A stretch of 64,000 nt of DNA from Myxococcota bacterium. GTDB lineage: Bacteria > Myxococcota_A > UBA9042 > PHBI01 > JAWLBL01. The DNA is taken from the NCBI GenBank assembly GCA_041687695.1, contig JAWLBL010000001.1, positions 432,190 through 496,189 of the forward strand, in the 5' to 3' direction. This document shows, piece after piece, positions 49,612 through 59,040 of the stretch. A model generated the notes under the pieces. The model ran no database searches and had not been told where the DNA came from. It saw nothing but the letters and a program-made list of their open reading frames with translations. Made by a program: the position numbers and the translations under genes. How positions within the stretch are numbered: position 1 is the stretch's first letter; each line of letters starts with the position of its first letter.

Positions 49612-52600
49612 ATGATGCGACGATGGGAGAGATGGGCCGGGGCGGCCGCCCTGGTGCTGGCCGCCGCGTGCGGTGACACGACCGGGAACGGGACACCGAT
49701 GGTGGACGTGCCGCTGTCGGACGTCGAGGACACCTCGACCGGGGACACGGTCACGGGAGAGATCGAAGAGGACGTCGAAGAGGACGTCGGCGAGGACGCG
49801 ACGCCCGACGTGGTGCCCGACGAGGGGACCCCGGACACGGGTCCGGACACCGAAGCGGACGTCGAGCCCGACGTCGAGCCGGACGTCGAGTTGGACACCG
49901 CCACCGACGTCGAGCTGGACACCGTCGAGCCCGACGCCGAGCTGGACGTCGAGGCCGACGTCGAGCTGGACACCGTCGAGCCCGATGCCGTGATGGACGT
50001 CGAGGGCGACGTCGACCTGGACACCGCCACCGACGTCGACCTGGACACCGCCACCGACGTCGACCTGGACACCGCCACGGACGTCGACCTGGACACGACC
50101 ACGGACGTCGCGGACGCCGGCCCCGACGCCGAAGAGGACACGTTCGTGCCGCCGACCGGCGACGGCGAGACGTGCGCCACGGCCATCGTGATCGACCCCG
50201 ACGCGCTCCCCTGGAGCTTCGCGGGCACGACCGTCGGCATGGCCGACGACTACATGAGCGAGGGCTGCGGCGGCAGCGATCTCGACGACGGCTCGTTCTA
50301 CGAGGACGTCGTGTTCGCGTTCACGCCGACCGTGGCGGGCACCTACACCTTCGAGCTGATCGCGCCCAACGGCGACAGCCCGACCATCCTGTACGCGGCG
50401 ACCGACTGCGGCGACATCGCCAACACGTGCGTCGGCTGGTCCGACGACATGTACCTGGGCGGCGAGTGGGACGTGCCGCTCGAGGCCGGGACCACGTACT
50501 ACTTCGTGCTCGACGGCTACATGTTCTCCGACTACGGCGACTACGAGCTCATCGTCAATGCGCCGTGCATCCCGTCCTGCGACGGCAAGGCCTGCGGCGA
50601 CGACGGCTGCGGCGGGACCTGCGGGGCCTGCGACGAGGGCGACCTGTGCGGCGAGACGTTCCAATGCCAGGACGGTGACCTCGTCGCCGGCAACAACTGC
50701 GCCAACCCGCTCTTCATCGACGGCGACAACCTGCCGTTCTCGGGCACGGGCAGCACCACCACCGGCAACGCCACCAACGACTACACCAAGCCGTCCGACG
50801 CGTGCGGCCTCAGCAGCACCTTCGGCGCCAGCGCCAACGACCAGGTCTGGACCTTCACCCCGCCGACCACCGGTCTGTACACGCTCGAGTTGACCCTCGA
50901 CGGCTTCTGGGACTCGGCCTTCTACGTCGTGACCGACTGCACGGACGTCGCCAACTCCTGCGTCAAGGGCGCCGACGGCACCAAGATCGAGGCCGTCCTC
51001 GAGGGCGGGCTGACCTACTACATCATCGTCGACGGCTACTCGTCGGCCACCGGCAGCTACACCCTCGACGTGTCGGCCCCCTGCGCGCCGCAGTGCGACG
51101 GCCGCGAGTGCGGCAGCGACGGGTGCCAGGGCGTCTGCGGCACCTGCGAGTTCGGCGACATCTGCGACGACGGCGTGTGCACCGCGGCCGCCGAGGGTGA
51201 CACCTGCGGCAGCGCGTTCTTCGTCGACAGCGACAACCTGCCGTTCTCGGCCACGGGCAGCACCACCACCGGCAACGCCACCAACGGCTACACCAAGCCG
51301 AGCGGCGCCTGTGGCCTCAGCAGCACCTTCGGCGCCAGCGCCAACGACCAGGTCTGGATGTTCATCCCGCCCAGCACCGGCCTGTACACCCTCGAGATGA
51401 CCCTCGACGGCTTCTGGGACTCGGCGTTCTACGTCACGACCGACTGCGCCGACATCGCCAACGCCTGCGTCAAGGGCGCCGACGGCACCACCATCGAGGC
51501 CGTCCTCGAGGGCGGGATGACCTACTACATCATCGTCGACGGCTACTCGTCGGCCACCGGCAGCTACACCCTCGACGTGTCGGCCCCCTGCGCGCCTCAG
51601 TGCGATGGGCTCGAGTGCGGCGACGACGGCTGCCAGGGCGTGTGCGGCACCTGTGAGGGTGGCGACGTCTGCGTAGCCGGGATGTGCACGGCGGCCCCCG
51701 AGGGCGACACCTGCGACGACCCGATCTTCGTGGACGCCCTCCCGTTCGTGGCCGAAGGCTCGACCGCGGACTTCTCCAGCGACTACGGCTACGGCGAGGA
51801 CGAGTGCCCGGGCGAGACCAGCGCCTGGGGCGCGGGCTCGAACGACGCGGTCTACGCCCTGACCGCCGACGTCGACGGCACCTACACCGTGACCCTCGAC
51901 GCCAGCTTCGACTCGAACCTCTACGCGGTCACCGACTGCGGTGACATCGCCAACACCTGCCTCGCCGCCCACGAGAAGTTCGGGTCGGGCGAGACCATCG
52001 AGCTCGCGCTGTCCGCCGGCCAGACGGTGTTCATCATCGTCGACGGCTACGGCAACACCTCGAACCAGTCCGGCAGCTACACGCTGACCATCGACCCGCC
52101 GTGCGTCCCGTCGTGCGACGGCGTCGAGTGCGGCGGCGACGGCTGCGGCGGCTCGTGCGGCACCTGCACCGACGGCGGCGTCTGCGTCGACGGGATCTGC
52201 GAGGCGGCCCCCCAGGGCGACACCTGCGCCGACCCGTACGTCGTCGACACCATTCCGTTCCTCGCCGAGCACACGACCGCAGACTTCTCCAGCGACTACG
52301 GCTACGGCGCCGATGACTGCCCCGGCGTCAGCGACGCCTGGGGCTCGGGCTCGAACGACACCGTCTACGCCCTGACCGCCGCTGTCGACGGCACCTACAC
52401 GGTGACCCTCGACGCCAGCTTCGACTCGAACCTGTACGCGGTCACCGACTGCAGCGACATCGCGAACACCTGCCTCGCCGCCGACGAGATCTTCGGCACG
52501 GGCGAGACCATCAGCCTCGCGCTGACCGCTGGCCAGACGGTGTTCATCATCGTCGACGGCTGGGGCAACTCGTCCAACCAGTCGGGCAGCTACTCGCTGT

Positions 52601-52617
52601 CGGTGACGCTGGACTGA
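49612..52617 (+). CDS. Large surface lipoprotein with acidic stalk and five PPC-like beta-sandwich modules joined by Cys-rich linkers
   Basis: Lipobox AAAC; TDVDLDTA repeats; modules GDTC...D.V..F..P..G.YT...YYIIVDGY...G.Y.L; linkers C.P.CDG..CG.DGC.G.CG.C. Confidence 0.85.
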   Translation: MMRRWERWAGAAALVLAAACGDTTGNGTPMVDVPLSDVEDTSTGDTVTGEIEEDVEEDVGEDATPDVVPDEGTPDTGPDTEADVEPDVEPDVELDTATDVELDTVEPDAELDVEADVELDTVEPDAVMDVEGDVDLDTATDVDLDTATDVDLDTATDVDLDTTTDVADAGPDAEEDTFVPPTGDGETCATAIVIDPDALPWSFAGTTVGMADDYMSEGCGGSDLDDGSFYEDVVFAFTPTVAGTYTFELIAPNGDSPTILYAATDCGDIANTCVGWSDDMYLGGEWDVPLEAGTTYYFVLDGYMFSDYGDYELIVNAPCIPSCDGKACGDDGCGGTCGACDEGDLCGETFQCQDGDLVAGNNCANPLFIDGDNLPFSGTGSTTTGNATNDYTKPSDACGLSSTFGASANDQVWTFTPPTTGLYTLELTLDGFWDSAFYVVTDCTDVANSCVKGADGTKIEAVLEGGLTYYIIVDGYSSATGSYTLDVSAPCAPQCDGRECGSDGCQGVCGTCEFGDICDDGVCTAAAEGDTCGSAFFVDSDNLPFSATGSTTTGNATNGYTKPSGACGLSSTFGASANDQVWMFIPPSTGLYTLEMTLDGFWDSAFYVTTDCADIANACVKGADGTTIEAVLEGGMTYYIIVDGYSSATGSYTLDVSAPCAPQCDGLECGDDGCQGVCGTCEGGDVCVAGMCTAAPEGDTCDDPIFVDALPFVAEGSTADFSSDYGYGEDECPGETSAWGAGSNDAVYALTADVDGTYTVTLDASFDSNLYAVTDCGDIANTCLAAHEKFGSGETIELALSAGQTVFIIVDGYGNTSNQSGSYTLTIDPPCVPSCDGVECGGDGCGGSCGTCTDGGVCVDGICEAAPQGDTCADPYVVDTIPFLAEHTTADFSSDYGYGADDCPGVSDAWGSGSNDTVYALTAAVDGTYTVTLDASFDSNLYAVTDCSDIANTCLAADEIFGTGETISLALTAGQTVFIIVDGWGNSSNQSGSYSLSVTLD

Positions 52618-52642
52618 CGCGTCAGCCAGGTTCATCCTGATC

Positions 52643-52690
52643 GAAGCCGCCCTCGTCGCCCCCGCGCGGCGGGGGCGGCTTCTTTTTTTT
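52643..52690 (+). terminator. Rho-independent terminator
   Basis: GAAGCCGCCC...GGGCGGCTTC stem followed by T8, just after stop 52617. Confidence 0.8.
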
Positions 52691-52710
52691 CAGGCCGACG
52701 AGGTCGCCCC

Positions 52711-53271
52711 ATGCGCGCGCTCGCCCTCACCCTCGCCCTCGCCACGCCGCTCGCGGCCTGTGGCGGCGCCGCCATGACGCCCGGCCACCCCGCCGCGCCC
52801 ATCGAGCCGGCCGCCCTGTCCTTCGACGACCCGGTCGGCGCCGCCCGCAGGATGGTCGCGCTGGCCCACAAGGGCCAACCAGGCCACCGCCAGCTGCAAG
52901 CCCACGTCGACTGGCCCTGGGTCCGCCGCCTCGCCCCCGTCAGCGGCGCCTTCCAACCCACCCTCGACGACCTCGTCGCCACCCTGACCGCCGCGCCCCC
53001 CGCCGGCTGCGCCCCCGAGTGGCAGGTCGACGACGGCGGCCACCGCCTCGACTTCCCGCCCGCCATGGTCGACGACCCCGACGACCTCGCCGCCGAAAAA
53101 GACGCCCTCAAGGCCGAGCTCTACACCGGCCACGACGTCGTCTTCACCTGCGGCCCCCAGGCCGAGCAGTTCGCCCTCCAGCTCGTCCGCGGCCCGCGCG
53201 GCGCCTGGCTCATCCGCGGCTGGACCCCGCTCGCCCCGGTCCGCGCCTGGCTCCTGGGCCCCGGCGGCTGA
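52711..53271 (+). CDS. Hypothetical lipoprotein
   Basis: Lipobox LAAC; GAGG before the ATG. Confidence 0.65.
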   Translation: MRALALTLALATPLAACGGAAMTPGHPAAPIEPAALSFDDPVGAARRMVALAHKGQPGHRQLQAHVDWPWVRRLAPVSGAFQPTLDDLVATLTAAPPAGCAPEWQVDDGGHRLDFPPAMVDDPDDLAAEKDALKAELYTGHDVVFTCGPQAEQFALQLVRGPRGAWLIRGWTPLAPVRAWLLGPGG

Positions 53272-53364
53272 TCCCCACCCCGCCCCGAACCCCGCGTCCT
53301 GACGCGACTTTCGCGCCACCGACCCGGGTGGACAGCCGCCTTCGCACCCACTAGCCTCCGCCCC

Positions 53365-55113
53365 ATGACGCTGACCGCTCGGCTCGCCGCCGCGCGCCCC
53401 TGGCTCCCCCTCGTGGCCGCGCTCGCCCTCTTCCTCGCCCTCGCCGGCTGGTACGGAGAGGTCGCCGGCGTCTGGCACGAGGAGACCTCCATCTACCCCA
53501 ACCGGGGCTACCACATCCTCGCCCCGCCCGGCGAGCAGGCCCTCCCGCGCCTCGAGCCCTCCTGCGCCGACCCCGACGCCCCGCGCCTCATCCGCTCCCA
53601 GCAGCGCCCCATCCTCAGCCTCTGCGCCGGCGGCCGCGGCTACCCGGTCATGGTCGACTCCTACCTCGCCGGCTGGCTCTACTGGCCCGCCGACCTCCTG
53701 CGCCCCCTGCACGGCGACGACATCTTCGCCCTCCGCAAGCTCGGCCTCCTCCTCGGCGCCCTCAGCCTGGTCCTCACCTTCCTCCTCGTCCGCCGCCTCG
53801 CCGACGCCCGCCTCGCCGGCGCGGCCGCCCTCGTCACCGCCGCCTCCTCCTGCTTCGCCTACGCCCACGGCGTCCTCATCCACTACGAGTTCACCCCCTG
53901 GCCCCTCCTGGTCGGCGCCCTCCTCGCCCTCACCCGCGTCGCCCCCCTCGCCCCCGGCGCCCCCGCCGGCCCCCTCCCCTGGCGCTGGCTCCTCCTCGCC
54001 GCCCTCCTCGCCGGCGCCTCCGTCGCCGCCAACATCAAGACCGCCTTCCTCATCGCCCCCCTCGCCCTCGTCAGCCTCTGGCTCGGCGTCCGCTGGCGCC
54101 GCCTCCGCCCCGCCCACTGGCTCGCCATGGCCGCCGTCGCCGCCGTCCCCCTCCTGCCCACCGCCGCCTTCGCCCTGTTCGACCCCGGCGCCGCCTTCGC
54201 CCACCAGGTGAGCGGCCGCGTCGACATCCTCGGCGCCTTCACCCTCGAGCGCCTCGCCCGCCTGCCCATGAACCTGGCCATCTACTGGACCGACATGGGC
54301 GCCTACACCGAGCACCTCACCGGCACCCCCAGCCCGGTCAACTGGCTCACCGCCCTGCTCGCCTGGGCCTCCGTCCTCTACGCCGCCTCCGCCCTCGCCC
54401 GCGCCCGCGCCGGCGACGCCCGCACCCGCCTCGCCGCCGCCGCCGGCGCCGCCCTCCTCGTCTACTTCGCCGTCGTCCTCCTCCTGTACGACCAGTACCC
54501 CGAGGCCAACTACGCCCCCCTCCACTCCATCTTCGGCCTCGCCATGGCCGCCACCCTGCTCGCCCTCGCCCGCCGCCTGGCCGCCCTCGCCCCCGCCCTG
54601 TCGCCGGCCGCCGCCCCCGCCCTGGTCGCCCTGACCGCCGCCGTCCTCGCCTACAACTGCGTCCGCCGCGGCGCCCCCTCGGACACCATGCCCATGGGCA
54701 TCAACGCCGCCGCCCAGCGCGCCCTCGACGCCTGGCTCGACCAGCACCCCACCCCGGCCCCGCCCCTGCTCACCACCACCTACAACCTGGCCGGCGTCGT
54801 CGAAGCCATGGGCCCGCCCCCGGCCCGCGTCGTCCAGGCCAACCGCTTCCTGATGAACTGCCCGACCGACCCGCCGGCCGACGCCGACGCCTGCCTGACC
54901 CGCCGCTGGCGCGATCTCCTGGCCGCCTCGGACCCGGGCCCGCTGCACGTCCTGGCCCCGCGCAAGGCCAGCCCCATCGACGACCCGCTGACCGACCAGG
55001 TCGCCCCGGCCCTGCGCGCCGCCGCCGCCGCCCTCGGCCGCCGCGTCTCCGAAGCCCGCGCGTTCACGACCGGCCTGGGCGTCCCCGTCCTGGTCGTCTA
55101 CCGGGTCGACTGA
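53365..55113 (+). CDS. Polytopic membrane protein, probable GT-C (ArnT/PMT-like) glycosyltransferase
   Basis: TM1 followed by an acidic WHEET motif and periplasmic loop, then 10 or more TM segments with LRKL...TFLLVRRL; periplasmic C-terminal domain. Confidence 0.6.
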   Translation: MTLTARLAAARPWLPLVAALALFLALAGWYGEVAGVWHEETSIYPNRGYHILAPPGEQALPRLEPSCADPDAPRLIRSQQRPILSLCAGGRGYPVMVDSYLAGWLYWPADLLRPLHGDDIFALRKLGLLLGALSLVLTFLLVRRLADARLAGAAALVTAASSCFAYAHGVLIHYEFTPWPLLVGALLALTRVAPLAPGAPAGPLPWRWLLLAALLAGASVAANIKTAFLIAPLALVSLWLGVRWRRLRPAHWLAMAAVAAVPLLPTAAFALFDPGAAFAHQVSGRVDILGAFTLERLARLPMNLAIYWTDMGAYTEHLTGTPSPVNWLTALLAWASVLYAASALARARAGDARTRLAAAAGAALLVYFAVVLLLYDQYPEANYAPLHSIFGLAMAATLLALARRLAALAPALSPAAAPALVALTAAVLAYNCVRRGAPSDTMPMGINAAAQRALDAWLDQHPTPAPPLLTTTYNLAGVVEAMGPPPARVVQANRFLMNCPTDPPADADACLTRRWRDLLAASDPGPLHVLAPRKASPIDDPLTDQVAPALRAAAAALGRRVSEARAFTTGLGVPVLVVYRVD

Positions 55114-57044
55114 GCCCCGCCGCCGCCGCCCAGCAGCGCCTCGAGCCGCGCCGCCAGCCCGCGCACCCACTCCGGCCGCGCCTCGCAGGCCCGCCCCTGC
55201 CACTGCCCGCGGTACCCCAGCGCGAACCCGGCCGCCCGCACCAGCGCCCGCCGCTCGGCGACGTCCGGCTCGATGTCGACCGCCTGCAGCGCCCCCTCGC
55301 GCGCGAACAGGGCCACCGCGCCGTCGCCGGCCGGGACCAGCTCGTGAAGGCGCCACCCGTCCAGCCCGCCGCTCGCCTCGACCTGCCGCAGCAGCTCGCC
55401 CAGCAGCAGCTTCAGGCCGTGCTCGCCCGCCACGTCCGGCGCCGCCTCCCCATCGTCCCCGGCCGAGAGGCCGGCCTGCCGAACCGGGTCGCCCGCCGGC
55501 GCCGTCGGCGCGCCGAAGTAGGTGCTGACCCGCCCGTGCCGGTCCAGCCAGGCCTCGACCTCGTCGTCTCCCAGCTCGGGCAGCAGCCTGCGAATCAGGT
55601 GCTCGCGCGGGATGGGCGAGCTGACGACCAGGCGGCCGCCGAAGCGCTCGAACACCCCCAGAAAGCGCCGCGCCCGCACCCGCGGGTCGCCGCCCGGCGT
55701 GGGCGTGCGCCAGTCGTAGCCGCGCGTCGGCCCCTCGGCGGTGGCCAGCAGCCCCTGGTCCATCGCGTCGGGCATGCGCATCAGCGGCATCACCCCCAGC
55801 TCGCTGATGACCCCCAGGTCGATGGCCCAGTCCATGAAGTCCAGCGTCTCGCGGTAGTCGGCTTCGGTCTCCTCGGGGAAGCCCACGATGACGTTGACGC
55901 TGACCTGCATGCGGCCGCCGCCGACCGCTCCGATGGTCTCGAGAGCCCGCGCCACCTCGTCCGCGCGCCCCGGCTTCTTCACGCGCCGGCGCAGGCGCTC
56001 GCTGGCGGTCTCGAGGCCGAAGAAGGGGCGCGTCAGGCCGGCGGCCAGGTACTTCACCACGCGGGCGGGCGTGATGCGCCCGTCGATGATGATCATCGCC
56101 TGCAGCGCGGTCGAGGTGGTCCAGCGGGCGGCGGCGATGGCGTCGCACAGGGCGTCGAACTGCGCGGGCCAGGCGTTGGCGGCAGCGTCGCACAGGGTCA
56201 GCGACAGGTGCGGAGCGGGGCCGCCGGCGTGCAGCGCCTGCCACGCCCGCACGGCCTGGTCCATCTCGGCGGCGACGCGGGCGGCCTCGCGGAACTGCAG
56301 ATCGGGGTACAGGTTGGTGTTCGAGCAGAACACGCAGCGGAACGGGCAGCCCAGGCTCAGCAGGAACGGCACGTCGGGCGCCGGGGTGCCGCGGACCAGG
56401 GCGACGTGGCGGGTGTAGTCGATGGGCGGGATGCGCGGCGAGTCCAGGCGCGGCGGCGGCGCGGCGGGCGGCGTCCCGTGCCGCGGGTTGACCCAGACCC
56501 CCTCCAGGGAGACCTCGCCCAGGCGCCCGGCGAGGGCGGCGCGAAACAGCGGCACGGCGACCGACTCGGCGCGGCGCGAGGCCACGGCGTCCACCCACGG
56601 CTGCTGCAGATCGCCCGCGAAGGTCACCGCCTCGGGCCCGCCCAGCACGACCAGCAGGTCGGGGCGGCGCTCCTTGAGGCGGCGCGTCAGGGTCAACGTC
56701 ACGTCCGCGTTGTGGCGCCACACCGACAGCCCCAGCACGGGCTCGGGCACTGCGGCCAGTCGGTCGAGCAGCGCGTCGAACCAGCCCGCGTGCCGCCGCG
56801 CCAGCGCCTCGATCCGCGCCAGGCGGTCGTCCATCGGCGGCGACGACCAGGCCGTGCGCGCCGCGGCGTCCATCACGTCGGCCGGCGTGTCGGTCGGATC
56901 GTCCAGAAAGCGCAGCGCGCGCGCACCGATGCCGGCCTCCTCGAGCAGCCCGCCGACGAGGACGAGCCCCATCCCCAGCCAGGGACTGGCCTCGTAGGGC
57001 GGCAACATGGCGAGCGCGACCTGCACGCCGCCATGGTCGTTCAA
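55098..57044 (-). CDS. B12-binding-domain radical SAM enzyme (class B methyltransferase-like)
   Basis: N-terminal VLGLSVW...VVLGGPE; GCPFRCVFC (CxxxCxxC); FGLETAS; IVGFPEET. Confidence 0.88.
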   Translation of the reverse strand: MNDHGGVQVALAMLPPYEASPWLGMGLVLVGGLLEEAGIGARALRFLDDPTDTPADVMDAAARTAWSSPPMDDRLARIEALARRHAGWFDALLDRLAAVPEPVLGLSVWRHNADVTLTLTRRLKERRPDLLVVLGGPEAVTFAGDLQQPWVDAVASRRAESVAVPLFRAALAGRLGEVSLEGVWVNPRHGTPPAAPPPRLDSPRIPPIDYTRHVALVRGTPAPDVPFLLSLGCPFRCVFCSNTNLYPDLQFREAARVAAEMDQAVRAWQALHAGGPAPHLSLTLCDAAANAWPAQFDALCDAIAAARWTTSTALQAMIIIDGRITPARVVKYLAAGLTRPFFGLETASERLRRRVKKPGRADEVARALETIGAVGGGRMQVSVNVIVGFPEETEADYRETLDFMDWAIDLGVISELGVMPLMRMPDAMDQGLLATAEGPTRGYDWRTPTPGGDPRVRARRFLGVFERFGGRLVVSSPIPREHLIRRLLPELGDDEVEAWLDRHGRVSTYFGAPTAPAGDPVRQAGLSAGDDGEAAPDVAGEHGLKLLLGELLRQVEASGGLDGWRLHELVPAGDGAVALFAREGALQAVDIEPDVAERRALVRAAGFALGYRGQWQGRACEARPEWVRGLAARLEALLGGGGGAQSTR

Positions 57045-57084
57045 AGCCGCGCCCGCAACAACAGCACCGAGCCCATCACCGCCG

Positions 57085-57921
57085 CTACAGGCGGACGCGG
57101 CGCAGGCGCTTGAAGGCGTCGGCGCCGTCGGTCAGCAGCTTGACCACCCCGCGCGCCCACCAGAAGTTGACCGACACGCTGGCGTCCAGCGAGCGCACCT
57201 GGTGCCACCAGCGCCCGGGCAGGTACAGCAGATCGCCCGGGTGCAGGTCGACCACCAGCGGGCGGGCGTCGCGATAGCGCGGGAAGCGGCGCAGATCGGG
57301 GGCCTCGGGGTCGACGGCGCAAAAGCGCGGCAGTCGCGACAGGAACGGGTACTCGTAGACGCGGCCGTCGTCGCGCGGCGCCAGGATGTGCAGGCGCTTG
57401 CGGCCGCGCAGCTGGGCGAACAGGTTGTCGGGGAAGTCGCGGTGCAGCGGCGAGACGGTCCCGGCGGCGCTCACCCACAGGCGACTCTTCAGGCGCGAGG
57501 CCGCGCCGGCGACCGCGGGCAGCTGGACGTCGTCCAGCAGCGCGGGCAGCCGCTCCTGCACCGGGATGACGACGTAGTGGCCGGGGTCGCTGCCGGCCTC
57601 GACGCGGTCCAGCGCCTCGGCCAGCGACAGCTCGAGATAGGTGATGCCCACGCGCGGGTCGCGGCCGCCGACCACGCCGCGCGGGGTGCGGGCCACCGGG
57701 ACCACGACCTGCCCGTGCTCGGCGCGCAGCCGCTCGGGGGTCCAGCGCGAAAACGCCGGCCAGCGGTCGACGTAGCCGGTGAAGACGGCGGGGCGCTGCG
57801 GCTCGACGAAGTCGCGCACGAAGGCGGCCTCGGACGGCATCGGCAGGCGCGGGATGCGCTCCGGCGCCTCGGGGCGGCTGGTCAGGCGCCGCAGCTCGGC
57901 CCACAAGGCGGCGGGGCTCAC
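57085..57921 (-). CDS. JmjC/cupin_8 Fe(II)/2-oxoglutarate oxygenase B
   Basis: PLHRD..DN...GRK...PGDLLYLPGRWWHQV; GTG start overlaps the upstream TGA (GTGA). Confidence 0.88.
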   Translation of the reverse strand: MSPAALWAELRRLTSRPEAPERIPRLPMPSEAAFVRDFVEPQRPAVFTGYVDRWPAFSRWTPERLRAEHGQVVVPVARTPRGVVGGRDPRVGITYLELSLAEALDRVEAGSDPGHYVVIPVQERLPALLDDVQLPAVAGAASRLKSRLWVSAAGTVSPLHRDFPDNLFAQLRGRKRLHILAPRDDGRVYEYPFLSRLPRFCAVDPEAPDLRRFPRYRDARPLVVDLHPGDLLYLPGRWWHQVRSLDASVSVNFWWARGVVKLLTDGADAFKRLRRVRL

Positions 57922-58724
57922 CGGCTGACGCCCCACAGGCGCTTGAAGGCCCCGGCGGCCGCGGTGACGGCCAGGCGCGCGCCGGTGGCCCACCAGACGT
58001 TGACCGTCAGGCTGGCCTCGAGGGTCGCGACGTGGTGCCACCACCCTCGGGGCAGGAACAGCGTCTCGCCGGGCGCCAGCTCACAGACGTGCGGCCGCGC
58101 CCGGGCGACCCGCGGGAAGCGCTGCAGGTCGACGGCGTCGAGATCGACCCGGCTGGCGTTGGGCACCCCGGCGAACAGCCGCCCCGGATACAGGTTGGGG
58201 CTGTCCTCGGGCGCGAACAGGGTGAAGCGCTTGGACCCGACGATCTGCGCGTGCAGGTTGTCGTTGATGTCCCAGTGCAGCGACGAGCGCGTCCCGCGGG
58301 CCGAGAACCAGACCTTGCACAGCTTCCACGGCGCGCGCCGGCAGTACGGGAAGTCGCCCACCTCGGCCCGCAGCCCGACCGGCAGCTGGTCGAGCCGCGC
58401 CATCATATAGGCGCTCGCCTCGTCGGCCTCCAGCCGGTCCATCAGCGCCCCCAGCGCCATCGGCGTCGTGACCAGCCCCCGCCGCGGGTCGACCTGCACC
58501 ACCCCGCACCGCACCGGCAGCACCGGCACCTGCGCGTCGCCGAAGCGCTGCCGGAGATCCCCCGTCGACCACCGCCGCCGCGCCGGCCAGCCCTCGACCA
58601 GCCCCCGCACCACCACCGGCCGCCGCCGCGCGACGTACCACCGCTGGAACGCCCGGCGGTCCGGCGCCTCGACACGCTCAATCGGCACGGCAGGCAACAT
58701 CGGCGGCGCTCCCCGGTCGCTCAT
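57918..58724 (-). CDS. JmjC/cupin_8 Fe(II)/2-oxoglutarate oxygenase A
   Basis: RRPVVVRG...WPA..RW, SLHWD..DN...GSK...PGETLFLPRGWWHHV. Start at 58724 or 58700. Confidence 0.88.
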   Translation of the reverse strand: MSDRGAPPMLPAVPIERVEAPDRRAFQRWYVARRRPVVVRGLVEGWPARRRWSTGDLRQRFGDAQVPVLPVRCGVVQVDPRRGLVTTPMALGALMDRLEADEASAYMMARLDQLPVGLRAEVGDFPYCRRAPWKLCKVWFSARGTRSSLHWDINDNLHAQIVGSKRFTLFAPEDSPNLYPGRLFAGVPNASRVDLDAVDLQRFPRVARARPHVCELAPGETLFLPRGWWHHVATLEASLTVNVWWATGARLAVTAAAGAFKRLWGVSR

Positions 58725-58841
58725 CGCTCGGCCCGCCCAGTCTAAGTCGCCCACGCGCCGAAGCAAGCGGCCCCCGCCTCGCGGCCACCGTCGAAGGGTC
58801 ATCGCGAGGCCGGGACGGTGTCGTCGCCGCCGCAGGCGGCC

Positions 58842-58934
58842 CCGCGCCGGCCATGCCGGCGCTATGGACCGCGCCGGCCATGCCGGCGCTATGGACCGCG
58901 CCGGCCATGCCGGCGCTATGGACCGCGCCGGCCA
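58842..58934. repeat. 27-bp tandem repeat (~3.4 copies), each with an 8-bp inverted repeat
   Basis: Unit ccGCGCCGGC-cat-GCCGGCGCtatgga at 58842, 58869, 58896, partial at 58923. Confidence 0.9.
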
Positions 58935-59040
58935 CTCCAAGGCTTTTGGACTCTCCCATGGCCCCCCCACCCTCCGGGCCCCCCTTGAGCGCCTCGGCCC
59001 GCCCGCCCTATGATGCGCGTCACACCCCGGGAGGCACCCC

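Noticed and set aside
58842..58934. Mini-CRISPR array
   Set aside because: Palindromic units are directly adjacent, with no variable spacers.
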